Assembly (NCBI GenBank): GCA_964019425.1
Contig: OZ025782.1
Location: forward strand, 434,001-498,000
Direction: 5' to 3'
Source: Flectonema sp. DT1601
Lineage: Eukaryota
DNA length: 64,000 bases
A program made the position numbers and the translations under genes. Positions 1 to 12,597 of the stretch are shown in pieces. The notes beneath the pieces were generated by a model that saw only the letters and a program-made list of their open reading frames with translations, was not told where the DNA came from and searched no databases. The first letter of the stretch is position 1; every line of letters begins with the position of its first letter.

Positions 1-191
1 ATTTTGTTTGTTTTTTTAAAAGAAAAAAAAAAAAAAAAATTGCCTTTATAAGCAGGTTGTATTTTAAAAAAAAAAAAAAATTGAGAGGCGCAGAGAGGGA
101 GAAAATTACATTAAAAAAAAAAAAAATAAAAAAAATCTGCGATGAAAAGAATTAAAAAAATACAAATAATAATAATAATAATAAACGACTA

Positions 192-3100
192 TCAACAAAC
201 AGATGGGCCGAATGCTTCCATGCGACTTAGTATCGCACCAGTTGTTGTGAGTATGGTTCCTACTCCAGACACTTCCAGGACTGGTATTGCTGGAGCAGAT
301 GTCCCTGGGTATAAGTCAGCAAAAATATCTAACGTGGTTTCAAGCCATTCAACAAACGGTCCATTTTCATCTGAAGACTGAGGCGTGTATTGCTTTAGTT
401 GTGAGCGAGCTAATTCGAAACTATTTGAATTTATTAACTCACTCATCGCTGACTCTGGTCCAGGTTCTTGTCTTCTGGCAGCATCATCCAACTCGTACAT
501 CCACTCTTTAGAATGGAGACGAGCAAGAGTCTCACACAGTAAGACTGCAGTCTCAATTAGCTTACCCTCCACAATAGAAGCGACGTTGAAGAATCTACAA
601 AACTTAAAGCAATGACCCCACAGATCAATACACTTACTGTGTGGTAGTATACATCTCGCCCTTGATGCTTGCGCAAGACGGCATAGGTTGTCAGCTTCTT
701 CTATGAGTCCACCCATTATGTGAAATGTTTTTATTTTATCATTTCCGAGAGAACCACAACAAGCAAGACCACTTTGGACACCACAGCTTGCGTTTGACAT
801 TTGGTTTGTTATAGAGGTTGCGACTTGACAAATTCTTTTAACATCAGCTCTCCGAACATCAGTCATTGATCCCCAAGTTCCAACAACAGAGTCTTCGCTA
901 ACACGGTGAGTAGTTCCGTATGTCTTCTCAATTTCATGAAGACAAACAGTTAGGAATTCCGTATGCATTCTTTCCAATGATTTCTCTGGAGAATTCGAAT
1001 CTGGTTTCGTAAACAACCTTCTAACCACAAGAACTGATACATTTCGTACTGCTTTGTCTAATCTCCTTCCCAACCCAAGTCGTCCTGCAGCGAGAGTACC
1101 ACTGCCAGCACCAGTAGAGCTTGTTTGACTTGGTTGTTTTGTGTTTGTTGTGTCTGTGATTACAGTTTCTTGACAACTATCTTCCTCATTACGAGCAGCT
1201 TTGATAACTGATTGTGGAATGTATTTAACGAATTCTTTCATCATGATCGTAATGTCTCTTATTGCTGATTGAATTCTATCCGGATTCTCAATCGTTAAAA
1301 CCCTCTCAAGAGAATGAAAATCCAACACAGTAATAGCCTCAGCCATCTCTGCTGCTAACACCTGAGCACCAAAAGCATTGTCATAACGTTGTTTTTCTTT
1401 TCTCCAATTTCTGATGAATGCTCCGAGTAAACAAGCGACAAGTGAAACGACTACACCCGACACGATTCCGACAATCATCCAAACCTGATCATCCGAAGAA
1501 CCTTCTTCTGGAAAAATTAAATTTCCATTACACCTCAACGTCGAGAAAATCTCATCGGTGTTGTTATTAGCAATCGGAAACATCATGTGTTTTCTAAGTG
1601 ATTCAGTAATTTTTCTTGGTTGGAGTGCCCATTTTGCAAACAAAGCATGAGCCTTAAAACAACCAGTTGACGCGACATTCTTCCTTACAAACATAACAGT
1701 TTTATATATAAACGGATAAATGGAATCACCAGAGGTGAGCACACTGAGAGATGGTGTCACTGGAACACCATTAACAGCTGGATATACCAGAGGGAGTTTC
1801 CATTGATCTGCCATTAAGAAATCAACAACAGCAATGCATCCAACATTTTTTTTAACATACTCTGCAACATCCAAGTGAGAATCAAGTATAACATCAGGAA
1901 GTCGAACTGGGATGTGACGAAGTGATGTAAAGTGATTAGCAAGTTGGTTCATCATCCTGTGATATAAAACTAAACTCTTATGAGCGACTACTTGAACGGG
2001 GATATTCTGGTTAGGAACATATGATGATCTCGCAGACAGACGAGAATCATTCCAAAACCGAATCCTTCCCGTGAAAAGTTCAGCAATCACTTCTAAGTCA
2101 AGTTCCATTGAAGGGACTGGTATCCCAAAATTTGAAGTAACAGTCAATATCCCTGAAGCAAAATCAATTTTAATAAAGTCATCAACATGTGTTGTTGGTA
2201 GCGGATCACTCTCAGCTCTAATCATCACGTTAACGTCATCAACAAAAGATATATTCACGTAAGCCGTAATAGTCTCTTGATAGTATTTATATCCAATGTC
2301 ATTTGTGATTGAATCGAACTCATTTTGAGTACCCGTATGAATTGATATCTTTGTCTCTAACCGATTAGTATTGCAATCGATAGCAAGCTTATCAAGAATT
2401 TGGTTAACAATTTTGTTGTCGAGAGGTACGAAGTTACTCGCTCTGATTATAGCTCTTGAAACAGGTGATGTTATCATCCAAACAATAAAAGAAACAATTT
2501 CACATATATCGTTAGCTCCAGGAGTTGCAAAGAACGACAGGTAAGATAACCCAGCAATAGGATATCCAGTACTGTCTACTAAATCACCCGTCAGTCTCTT
2601 TGGGTCAAGAGATAAACTTGTGGTTGCAATCTCACCATCATCCCATCCTGGAATTGTGTAAGCATCGACTCTGTTAATGAGAGTCACGAATGGCAATCCT
2701 TCCTTCAGTACACCTGAGATTCCACTGTAACCCAGACTGAAAGGAGTTTCTGTAACGTAATTAAGTACTCCGCTGCTTTTCAATCGTCTTTCAATTCCAG
2801 ATTGAACTGGCCATTTGGTTGTGACATCACCGCTCCAATATCCGAAACTTTTGAACGCCTTTGTCATTATTTCAGTTGTTCCACTGTTGTCATCTCTGAC
2901 TACGACATGAATAGTCTCATCAGGAAGCATTATTGATGGATTCAAACGTGTGATGTGAGGATGAGACCAATTTGTAATATCTCCTAAAAATATTCTACTC
3001 AAAGTCTGTCTATCGAGTGTTATTGTTTTGTAATTTAACAAATTGAATGTAATTGCAATGGGTGCTGCTACCACTGGTATCATCTGAAGATCTGGGTGAG

Positions 3101-3338
3101 TCATGTACGCTTCATCATGAAACAGTGAATCAGTTCCAGCTAAAGCTGACTCATTACTTAGTAATAACCTCTTACCAGCACCACTACCAATGCAGTCGTA
3201 TGTGATGGGAGAGCTGCCTTGCATCATGTCATTATAACTTTGTAAGCAAGCTTTCATAACAGGACACAACAAACTACTACCTGCAGCAGTAAACCCTTCA
3301 GCTAATGTAATCATCACAATGAGGATGATCACTCTCAT
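192..3338 (-). CDS. Receptor-like membrane protein: signal peptide, PstS-like phosphate-binding domain plus a second degenerate PBP domain, one TM helix, degenerate class III nucleotide-cyclase-like cytosolic region
   Basis: The ORF track gives 192..3425. The probable start is the ATG at 3338 (MRVIILIVMITLAEG, signal-like). PstS motifs: AAGSSL, YDCIGSGAG, AGTDS, RIFLGDITNW, RDDNSGTT, YPIAGLSY. Second repeat: LFTGRIRFWND...YPF. TM: VWMIVGIVSGVVVSLVACLLGAFI. Then KYIP, CGVQSGLACCGSLG and WMYEL. Confidence 0.8.
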   Translation of the reverse strand: MRVIILIVMITLAEGFTAAGSSLLCPVMKACLQSYNDMMQGSSPITYDCIGSGAGKRLLLSNESALAGTDSLFHDEAYMTHPDLQMIPVVAAPIAITFNLLNYKTITLDRQTLSRIFLGDITNWSHPHITRLNPSIMLPDETIHVVVRDDNSGTTEIMTKAFKSFGYWSGDVTTKWPVQSGIERRLKSSGVLNYVTETPFSLGYSGISGVLKEGLPFVTLINRVDAYTIPGWDDGEIATTSLSLDPKRLTGDLVDSTGYPIAGLSYLSFFATPGANDICEIVSFIVWMITSPVSRAIIRASNFVPLDNKIVNQILDKLAIDCNTNRLETKISIHTGTQNEFDSITNDIGYKYYQETITAYVNISFVDDVNVMIRAESDPLPTTHVDDFIKIDFASGILTVTSNFGIPVPSMELDLEVIAELFTGRIRFWNDSRLSARSSYVPNQNIPVQVVAHKSLVLYHRMMNQLANHFTSLRHIPVRLPDVILDSHLDVAEYVKKNVGCIAVVDFLMADQWKLPLVYPAVNGVPVTPSLSVLTSGDSIYPFIYKTVMFVRKNVASTGCFKAHALFAKWALQPRKITESLRKHMMFPIANNNTDEIFSTLRCNGNLIFPEEGSSDDQVWMIVGIVSGVVVSLVACLLGAFIRNWRKEKQRYDNAFGAQVLAAEMAEAITVLDFHSLERVLTIENPDRIQSAIRDITIMMKEFVKYIPQSVIKAARNEEDSCQETVITDTTNTKQPSQTSSTGAGSGTLAAGRLGLGRRLDKAVRNVSVLVVRRLFTKPDSNSPEKSLERMHTEFLTVCLHEIEKTYGTTHRVSEDSVVGTWGSMTDVRRADVKRICQVATSITNQMSNASCGVQSGLACCGSLGNDKIKTFHIMGGLIEEADNLCRLAQASRARCILPHSKCIDLWGHCFKFCRFFNVASIVEGKLIETAVLLCETLARLHSKEWMYELDDAARRQEPGPESAMSELINSNSFELARSQLKQYTPQSSDENGPFVEWLETTLDIFADLYPGTSAPAIPVLEVSGVGTILTTTGAILSRMEAFGPSVC

Positions 3339-4306
3339 TGTTTGTGTTTTGGAAAATCTGATTTTTTTTTTTAAACGAATGTTAAAAAAGAAATTAACCA
3401 TCTGAAAAAGTCTGGGTGGAGTCACGTTAACACTTCATCATATGAGATAAGAGAAACAATTCCAGCCAATTCTGTTTTTTTTTTTAAAATAGAATTGAAG
3501 ATATAGAATTGAAAAATAAATCATAAAATACTAATGTAATCGCTTCTATCATAGTTGGAAGTGTCCTACAATTTGGAGGGCACTTTCATCTATGTTCTAT
3601 CGAGAAAAAAAGAAAAAAATATATAAAATGAATACTGCTGTCGATTCTTAATATAACTTAAAAGTGTGTTTAAAAAAAAAACCATTCAGATTAGCCTTAT
3701 GTTTCGTTTGAACGCAGACAAAATCATGTCGCATGGGGAAAATAAATCATGATGACCATAAGAAATATCGGTTTTCAATCTGAATAGTTTCTTCTCCGAC
3801 TACGTAGGTACAAAAAGAAAATGCAACTTAGTAAGCGTGTACGATACAGACAGGGTGACCGCAAGAAGAAGGCAGGAAGAGAGGGAAGACAAGAAATCTG
3901 GTTTCATGTCCGACTACCTTAAGAGAAGTGTGGGGGGAAAAATAGTTAAAAAAAAAAAAAAAAAAAAAACAAGCACACATAATTATAATCACATAACAAA
4001 ATGCAATCAGTGATAGCGAACTCGTTTTTTTTAAGACGTTTTTTTTTTTTTAAAGGAAGAATAAGATAATGACAAGTCTATCAAACATCAAGGTATCCCT
4101 TCACTGAGTGAGTATTAACTCGCGGAGTTAGTGAATAGGGATGCTTTACACGGATACACATCACGATAAGACTAATTGATAAATTATTATTTTTTTTTTC
4201 TTCTTTTTTTAAAAAAACAAGAAATAGTATATTTTTTTAGTAAGTTTTTTTGAGTACAGGAAAAAAAATAAATATAATCATATTTTTTTCCCATACTTTT
4301 TGAGAC

Positions 4307-4346
<40 letters not shown>

Positions 4347-4347
<1 letters not shown>

Positions 4348-6485
4348 CAACGGGTTTCGAGGCATGAATCTTTAACATAACCAAACGCCTCATAGTAAGG
4401 AAGAGTGCACATTGGGTTTGTTGTTTTGTTTGATTTTTTAAAACTGTTGATAACAAATGATATGAATTCCTTTGGAAACGGATCGGCAGTCTTCACAATA
4501 GGAACAGCCATAGCAGGGTCGGTGATTGAGTCAGCTCCGGTTTCAAGACGTCCCATAAAACGGCGCTCAAAAGTAGACGTTCGGATGCGGAAATCATACC
4601 AATTTCCTGACATCGAAACGTTGAATTTTTTAACAAACGATTCACCGGATTGAAGCTTCTTATTGTGTTTGTTAATAACTGCACCATATGACATGTCTTC
4701 TATTATCAGTTCATTACTACAAACATCACTTGAGACACACTTGATATCAAACAGAACAGATCTGGTTGATGTCATCTCCACCATTTGAACAGTGAAATCA
4801 TTCACAGCAGAGTTGCTTGCAAAAGTTCTCACAAAACCGTTAGGACCGTGAAGGCTAAGGTTGTAAGAATCTGTATGGAAGTCCCAAGTATCCTCCAATA
4901 GTTTCCCTGATTCAATTGTGTATTTTTTTGGAGGACTCGACAGAGAGAGGTAGTCGTAGACATGAAAAACAACTGCTGGAGAAGATACAAAAGCTGATTT
5001 TGCTCCAATATTCCTCATCGTAAGTGTAATTGTTTTCTTACTAATCAAATCAGAGACGTTGAAGTTATAAGGCAATGCTCGCGATGTTTTAGTACCAACT
5101 TCTTGAGTTGGAATTATCTGAGTAGTCGGAAGTTTTGGAGGAGGATTTGAATCGCATTCAGCCTTTGACTGATTAGTATCGTTACTTGTGTTTGGAAACA
5201 CAGGCATAGTGTAGTCAGGGTTTTTAAAATCAAAAGCATTAGTCAGATCACTCATCACAGCACGTCTCCAAGGTGAGATGGTTGGAATCGAAACATTAAA
5301 ACGTTTCTCAATTAGTTTAAGAACTGAAGTATGATCGCTAACTTCACTATAAACTATTCCTCCATTCCTACGCGTCCAAGGTGAAATGATAAAGAGTGGG
5401 ACTCTAAGTCCTGGTCCTATTGGATTGCCTTTCGGAATACCAAATTGTTCATTATTCGTAACTTCACCCTTTGTTGTGATAGTACTCTCGCCATCATTCT
5501 TAGACATTGGAGCTGTTGGTGTCCACATATGATCATAGAATTGACCACCCTCATCATAGTTTAATATGAATATAGTTTTCTTGTAAACATCAGCGGCCTC
5601 TGGAGATGCAAATAATTTTATAAGTCGAGCTGATAAGTCTTCTCCGTCTTCGGGATGATGAGTTGCGTGTTCTGAGAGATCTGATGGTCCAACAATCCAA
5701 GAAACAGCTGGAAGACTGTTGTTTAAAATATCATTTTTAAATTCTTCAACCAGATCATTACTCCTTGCTAATCCTTTATCATATAAAGGTGATCCTGGTT
5801 TAGATGATTTGAACTGATCAAACCAAGCAAATCCATTGTCATTAAAGTTATCCTCTTGTTGGTATACTTTCCAACTGATGTTCTTCGCTTCTAATACCTC
5901 AGCCATTGTAGTCCAATTGACACCTGAAGTAGGCTGAGTGTCGTCTAGGATGTTGTGTTTGGAATCTACAGACAGGCCATTCGATCCTGAGAATAGATGA
6001 AATCTGTTTGGGTTCGTCGGTATAAAAGTTGACTGAAAGTACATATCTCCAATTAAAAAATTATCTCCAAGAGCATAATAGTAAGGCAAGTCTTCTCTGT
6101 TGAAATGAGCCATTCCAAAGCCTGGATTTCTTGCTGTGTTCCAAGCATTCATCTTACCCTCATTCCACATTCTGATATCAGCGTTGTATGTCATGGTCGG
6201 AGCTTCCATACATGTCGCTGATGTGTTTTTCAATGAAACATGAAATGGAAGTAAATACTCTTTTCCAGGATATGGTTGAAAAAAAGGTGATTTTCCATCA
6301 GGCATCAACGGTGCCGATTTATCATTGAACCCCCTCACTCCCTTCATAGTTCCGTAGTAGTGATCGAATGCTCTGTTTTCTTGCATAAACACGACAATAT
6401 GTTCAACTTCTGAGAGTGAATCCCCACTCGCCACGCCCGACAACAGCAGCAGGCATGTGGATCCAAGAATGCTATTTGTTATCAT
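4347..6485 (-). CDS. Secreted phosphocholine-preferring phospholipase C (PlcH/PlcN phosphoesterase family with C-terminal DUF756-like repeats)
   Basis: Motifs VEHIVVFMQENRAFDHYYG, PTNPNR, SEHA, NYDEGGQFYDH, GLRVP, DHTSVL, ISPWRRAV, LHGPNGF, GNWYDF. The probable start is the ATG at 6485 (MITNSILG, signal peptide). The upstream part of the ORF call crosses homopolymer UTR. Confidence 0.9.
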
Positions 6486-7163
6486 TTTTTTTTTTATATA
6501 TATATATGTATATTTTTTTTTTCTCACTGGAAAAAAAGATAAAAATAAAACAAACGAATTATGAAGCAGTAAACCAGACAAATCTCCCCTGAAAGTTATA
6601 ACCAACTTGACTCGTCTACTGACACGGCTAACATAGCTGGCTAAGCTTCGTCTCGGTGCGGAGCCCCCGAAGAACTTAAGGGAATTTTTGGTGAGGACAG
6701 TCATTGAAGTCTCTATCCTTATATACGATATGAATCAACATCTCAAGAAGTTTGGAATACGTAGTTTCAAAAGCTTTATTTTATCTTATTCTACCCCTGC
6801 AAATAAATAATAACAATAACAACAACGTTAACCACAATCACTCATTAGTCAGATCGAATGAAAGGAAAGATGAGAACAAGAGTGCCTACATGAATAAAGC
6901 TAGGGGAAATAGTCACCAAAATACTTTCGCATAGTAACTTAATAAGATAAAATAGAAACTTGTTGGAGAAGAGTGATAGTTTTAACAACGTAGAAAACAG
7001 TAATAAACCTTATAATACTAAAATAAGTAATAAAGTTGAACTGTAAGAACAGCGCTGAGGGATCTCAAAGATGTAACTACCACCGTTCACGGTTTGTTGT
7101 AACGTAAATCGAACTAATTATTTTCGATTACAGAGAACTTACAACAGCGATTAGACATATAAA

Positions 7164-8852
7164 GTTAGTTAGTTAGTTAGCAAGTCCATCAGACCACCGA
7201 GTATCGGTTAGGTAGACACTCAAAGAGTACCGGGTGGCTCTTCTGAGGGTCCCCAATACTGCGGCAGTAGGAAGAACCTAATCCCGGGGGATTATTTTGT
7301 TAGTATCAGCACAGGGCATACTAGATCAGGAGATCTAGAAACACTTTGCTTCCACCTTGTCCGGTATACTAGCAGGAAACCACGCAATTAAGTAAACAAA
7401 AAAAAAAAAAAAAAAAAAAAAAAAACTAGTTCTAATCTGAAACACTAAATAAACTTGATATTATGATGAAAAAATAAAACAAAATAAAATAATATAAGAT
7501 AACATAAAATAAAATAGATGAATTTAATAACTCAGTAAACACAGTTGATGATTTCAGGGATTAATTTTGAATAGTATATCTATGTAACTCCGAGTCGGAG
7601 GACCTCGCACCTTGTAGTCGAACCACTTCCGTTCTATCCGCTCATAGTTGGCGTAGTGGATCTTATTGAGCAGATCAGTAAATTGAGTCTTTTCTATACC
7701 ATTATAGCAGAAAAGCTCAACTGTCCACAGAAAATTGTGTATTTCCTCGATCACCGTGTGATTGTAGGCATTATCGATGGCTTGTAAGACTTCGAGCTTA
7801 TCTCGAGAAGTGAGTTTCGGAAGGTTAGAGAATTTAACAAGATGCCTCAATAACCACTGTCTCGGCAGGGCCGCACGCAGCGGAAAGCTCTGCAGGTAGC
7901 TCTCCAGGTCCTTCAGCATTGCAGCTAGTTTCGGCTGATTCTCTGTGGCAAAGAACGTATGGTGGTGTTGTCCGTCATTTGTCGGGTCATCGCATTGCGG
8001 GATGTCCGGGAAGAATTGCTGCACTATGATCCTCGCGCCATTACATCTCGAGAGAAGGTGATGTGCGTCTGTGTCGGTGTGATTACAGAATCGACAGTCA
8101 GTAAGACCCAAGGCAGGGAGCTTTACCAGTTCGTGATGACCCGTTCTCACTCGGGCTATAATAATCTCGTCACTTCTTAAAAGGTCCTGATGGAACTTCT
8201 GTACCCTACCAGACGATGTTGCCAAGTTGTGGACGTGTCGCGTATCTCGGGAGCGAAGCCATGCTTTTCTGACTTGGTTCACAATTGAACATTGAGCCAT
8301 TCGGTAGTCAAAGGGAACCTCCGTGAGCGGTATCTCAGATGACGCAGCTTTGGAAGCCAGGCTATCAGCTAACTCATTTCCAATAACACCACAATGAGAA
8401 GGTACAAACTGCATCGTAAACGGGCGATTCAGGGTGGAAATCTGGCTGAGAATCTCGTGGTTGGTGCGCGAATGCTGGCAGAGGTACCCCTTGGCCAAGC
8501 TACTCAGCGATGACTGGCTGTCGGATATGATGTGTATCCTGCCGTTCGGTAGTTGTGGCGAATTATCGCGGACGATATCCAGAGCCGAGATCAAAGCCCT
8601 CTGTTCTGCGTTGTAAATCATCAGAGAGGGGTTATAGCGCTGTAGCTTCGTGTAACATTTATTTCGGAAAACCAAGACCGCAGCGTTCCCACAGTGGTAA
8701 CACCCATCTTTGTCCTCAAAGTAAGAAGCATCTGTATAAACACGTGCAATCGCAGGTGGCAAGGATTCGATTGATGCAAGGGCATAATTCAGGTTGTGCT
8801 CTGTGTCTGATGACTTACGAAAGTCCCTTGAAGGCAGAACCGTGACGTTTGG
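7164..8852 (-). mobile_element. 5'-truncated ingi/I-like LINE copy 1 (RNase H + CCHC zinc knuckle, structured 3' UTR, (CTAA)n tail)
   Basis: ORF 7554..8762 has YTDAS, AE, SDSQS, VPSHCGVIGNELADSLA, RVRTGH and CRFC..HLLSRC. It is near-identical to 23110-25992. The tail is GTTAGTTAG on the + strand. Confidence 0.88.
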
Positions 8853-8855
8853 AGG

Positions 8856-8997
8856 AGGCTTAATGTGTTTTGATTCCGTTGAGCACCTAAAAGGAACAGT
8901 GTCTTTGTGGCTGAGAGGATGTGAACAGGGTCCCTTTCTGCTTCGCTTATGCTTCGTCGAGTGTCTGTAACCGATGACAGCTTGGCTATTGATGGCA
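8856..8997 (-). mobile_element. ~140-bp fragment of YR retrotransposon 1 fused to the 5' truncation point of LINE copy 1
   Basis: Matches 21435-21576 (ggcttaatgtg...gatggca). Confidence 0.8.
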
Positions 8998-9499
8998 AAA
9001 ATAGAATTCCAATTCTAGTTTATAAAAAATAGCAACTCCCCCGAGACCGTTCTCAGATGACAACATTTGATGGTATACTCGCATAGCAGAGTGAGATTTT
9101 GCTTTTAAAAAAAAAAAAAACACAACAGACAACCAACACATTACAAACCATAAAAAGTACTAACAATTTTTAAGAGTAAGGGAAAAAGAGAGCGTCTTCT
9201 CTTTTCTTAGAGAATTTTTTTTTTTTTTTTTTTTTTTAAAAAACCAGGGTTTGTATAAATTAGATCTGGGAAAAGAAGCATCAGATTAGGCTAATAAATC
9301 ACCACTTCTGATATAACAACAGATCTCCAAACGTGTAAATCCAAACACTACTGTAACCAGAAGAAATTAATATCTCAATCTAGTTTATGAATTACGTTAA
9401 ACTGATACAGGTAAATGTTTTTATTTCGCACAATAGCCGCCAGATTCATTTTTTGGAAGCATCGACTCTGCGCACAACTCAGCACCTGCACCAGCTACA

Positions 9500-12400
9500 G
9501 AGATAAGTGTTTAGGTAGAGAACAGTAATTACTGCGAACAGCATCTTTGAACCCCAAACGACAATATTCTCAAAAAGTAAATAATAATATTAAAAAAAAC
9601 TAAAAAAACGATTGATGGCCACTCTTGTCTGCGAGACGAGGTCCATATACGTGGAGAGAATCAAAAAGAAATACGTCGAAAAAGAATCCTTGGGAAGGAA
9701 TCTTTCGTTGTGGGGTTAAGAGAAGTCAAAAAAAAAAAAAATTAAAAAAAATTGAAAAAAAAGTTGTATTTTTTTTTGATACAGGCAGAGTGTAGGTTTC
9801 ACCTACAAATTACTTGCTTAAAATCAACGATTCTTTGAAAAAAATATGTTAGCAAAAATTGCTAGTTCGTGGCACACTACCAGCGGAGCACTCACCTTAA
9901 ATAAATTATGGTAGCGTTATCCAGAATTCAGTTAGAAAATCTGAGGGGGTTGCATAATCTAGGAGATATTTATTATGTTAGCTTTTCGGAATAAAGCATA
10001 CCTGAGGAGGAAACAAAAAAAAAAAAAAAAAAAAAAAAAATCTGACCCAGAGAGTCTTCACTGTGTATATCACGACACTGAATTCAAGGGGACAACATGA
10101 GTTGAAATAATAATAAAAAATCGACAAAACAACGAAATGGGATAAGCCCGAATAACAAACGGTTTGATTTCACAACTGATGACTGACCTCTATAAAACGA
10201 TCAGCAGGCAGTTGTTGGAACGCTGTTTCTATCAGAAGAAGAATTTTTTTTTTTTTTTTTTTTTTTTTTTTCCCCCTGCTAAATCTTCTCAGAGGGAAAA
10301 AAACAATTCATATCGTACTGTTAGCTAGTACTGTATCAAAGAGCTGTTAAAGAGGAAAGTTAGTTTAGTTTAGTTTAGTTAGCAAAATACAAACTGATGA
10401 CTACGAGGGGTCTGGGTAGCCCGCATCAGTAAGGACCCAATCGCGAAGATTGTAGTTTCATAGTATTGGCTGGAAGTGATCGACTTCCAGCCTCCACCTT
10501 GCCCAGAGGCTAACAGGTTGTAAACAACTAAAGAAAATAAAAAAGAAACGATCTGGGAGTGGGGGGAAGGTGAAAAAAAATAAAAAATCTTCTTTCTTTC
10601 ATATACATCTTTCTTTATAATACGACCACATGTGCCATATGCCCACACTCCACGAAAGAAAATAGAGTTAGTGTCATTAATTTTAGAACAGAAAAGTGAG
10701 AATAAGAAAAGTAGAGTTAGAATATGAGTTTATTATAAAAAAGTGCACTAAAATAAAATATAAAAAAGAAAAGTTATAAAAACACATTGTTCTGCTGTTC
10801 CATAATACACTGTGGAATACGTAGTTTCAGGCCTTGTTAGTTAGCAAAATAGAAAACCCCGGAACAGTACCGAGGAAAAAAAAAAAAAAAAAAAAAAAAA
10901 AAAGGAAAAAAAGGAAGAACTTGCTGGGGCTTTAGCTTAAACTACAGAAAATCGAACAATTTGTACTGTTGATGTCTTGCTTTGAACCCCAAACGACAAT
11001 ATTCTCAAAAAGTAAATAATAATATTAAAAAAAACTAAAAAAACGATTGATGGCCACTCTTGTCTGCGAGACGAGGTCCATATACGTGGAGAGAATCAAA
11101 AAGAAATACGTCGAAAAAGAATCCTTGGGAAGGAATCTTTCGTTGTGGGGTTAAGAGAAGTCAAAAAAAAAAAAAATTAAAAATAATTAAAAAAAAAGTT
11201 GTATTTTTTTTTTGATACACCGCAACCAGCATCCTTATAGAAGCTTCGCAAATAATTATTTACTCAAAAGCGGTAATTGTTATATTAATTCATTTTTTTT
11301 TTTTTTTTGACACAGGAATATAAAAAGGAAAGGGGGTAACAAAAAAAAAAAAAAAAAACTACAGTTGATGTGTACGACGTTTTAACTCACGCTCATAACA
11401 ACGGATGACAGAAGACTCGGCATTGCCTTGTTTGTTTAGGTTTGATAATTGATGTTGTTGTTCTATGAAAAATTCACACTGTACCAGGCTCAGGTTCAGT
11501 TACTTTATGTTGCCCGGATGACTCCAGTGGTACAAAAAGACAAGAGAGAGAGAGAGAATAATATACACACTCTCTCTATTGAAATAGTTAGTTATTAGTT
11601 AGAATATGAGTTTGTTATAAAAAAGTGCACTAAAATAAAATATAAAAAAGAAAAGTTATAAAAACACATTGTTCTGCTGTTCCATAATATTCATGGAGTA
11701 TAATTCTGCTGGTGGTGGGTTGCAGTTCCATGTAAGGAAATCGTCTATGTACCGGCAAGAGTAGTCGTGTCGGCTAACATAGCTGGCTAAGCTTAGTCTC
11801 CGTAGTAGATAAGAGATAAGTGTTTAGGTAGAGAACAGTAATTACTGTGAACGGCATCTTTGAACCCCAAACGACAATATTCTCAAAAAGTAAATAATAA
11901 TATTAAAAAAAACTAAAAAAACGATTGATGGCCACTCTTGTCTGCGAGACGAGGTCCATATACGTGGAGAGAATCAAAAAGAAATACGTCGAAAAAGAAT
12001 CCTTGGGAAGGAATCTTTCGTTGTGGGGTTAAGAGAAGTCAAAAAAAAAAAAATTAAAAATAATTTAAAAAAAAGTTGTATTTTTTTTTTGATACACCGC
12101 AACCAGCATCCTTATAGAAGCTTCGCAAATAATTATTTACTCAAAAGCGGTAATTGTTATATTAATTCTTTTTTTTTTTTTTTGACACAGGAATATAAAA
12201 AGGAAAGGGGGTAACAAAAAAAAAAAAAAAAACTACAGTTGATGTGTACGACGTTTTAACTCACACTCATAACAACGGATGACAGAAGACTCGGCATTGC
12301 CTTGTTTGTTTAGGTTTGATAATTGATGTTGTTGTTCTATGAAAAATTCACACTGTACCAGGCTCAGGTTCAGTTACTTTATGTTGCCCGGATGACTCCA

Positions 12401-12572
12401 GTGGTACAAAAAGACAAGAGAGAGAGAGAGAATAATATACACACTCTCTCTATTGAAATAGTTAGTTATTAGTTAGAATATGAGTTTGTTATAAAAAAGT
12501 GCACTAAAATAAAATATAAAAAAGAAAAGTTATAAAAACACATTGTTCTGCTGTTCCATAATACACTGTGGA
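9500..12572. repeat. Local segmental repeats (copies at ~9500-9783, ~10980-11688, ~11812-12572; offset 879 bp between the last two)
   Basis: Near-identical blocks starting tttgaaccccaaacgacaatattctc. Confidence 0.85.
10359..10650 (-). mobile_element. 3' remnant of a divergent LINE family (structured 3' UTR + CTAA-type tail)
   Basis: Shares motif order GGCAAGGTGGA / ATACTA / AATC..GATTGGGTCCT / TACCCA with the LINE 3' UTR at 7181-7365. gttagtttag tail on the + strand. Confidence 0.55.
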
Positions 12573-12597
12573 ATATACACACTCTCTCTATTGAAAT

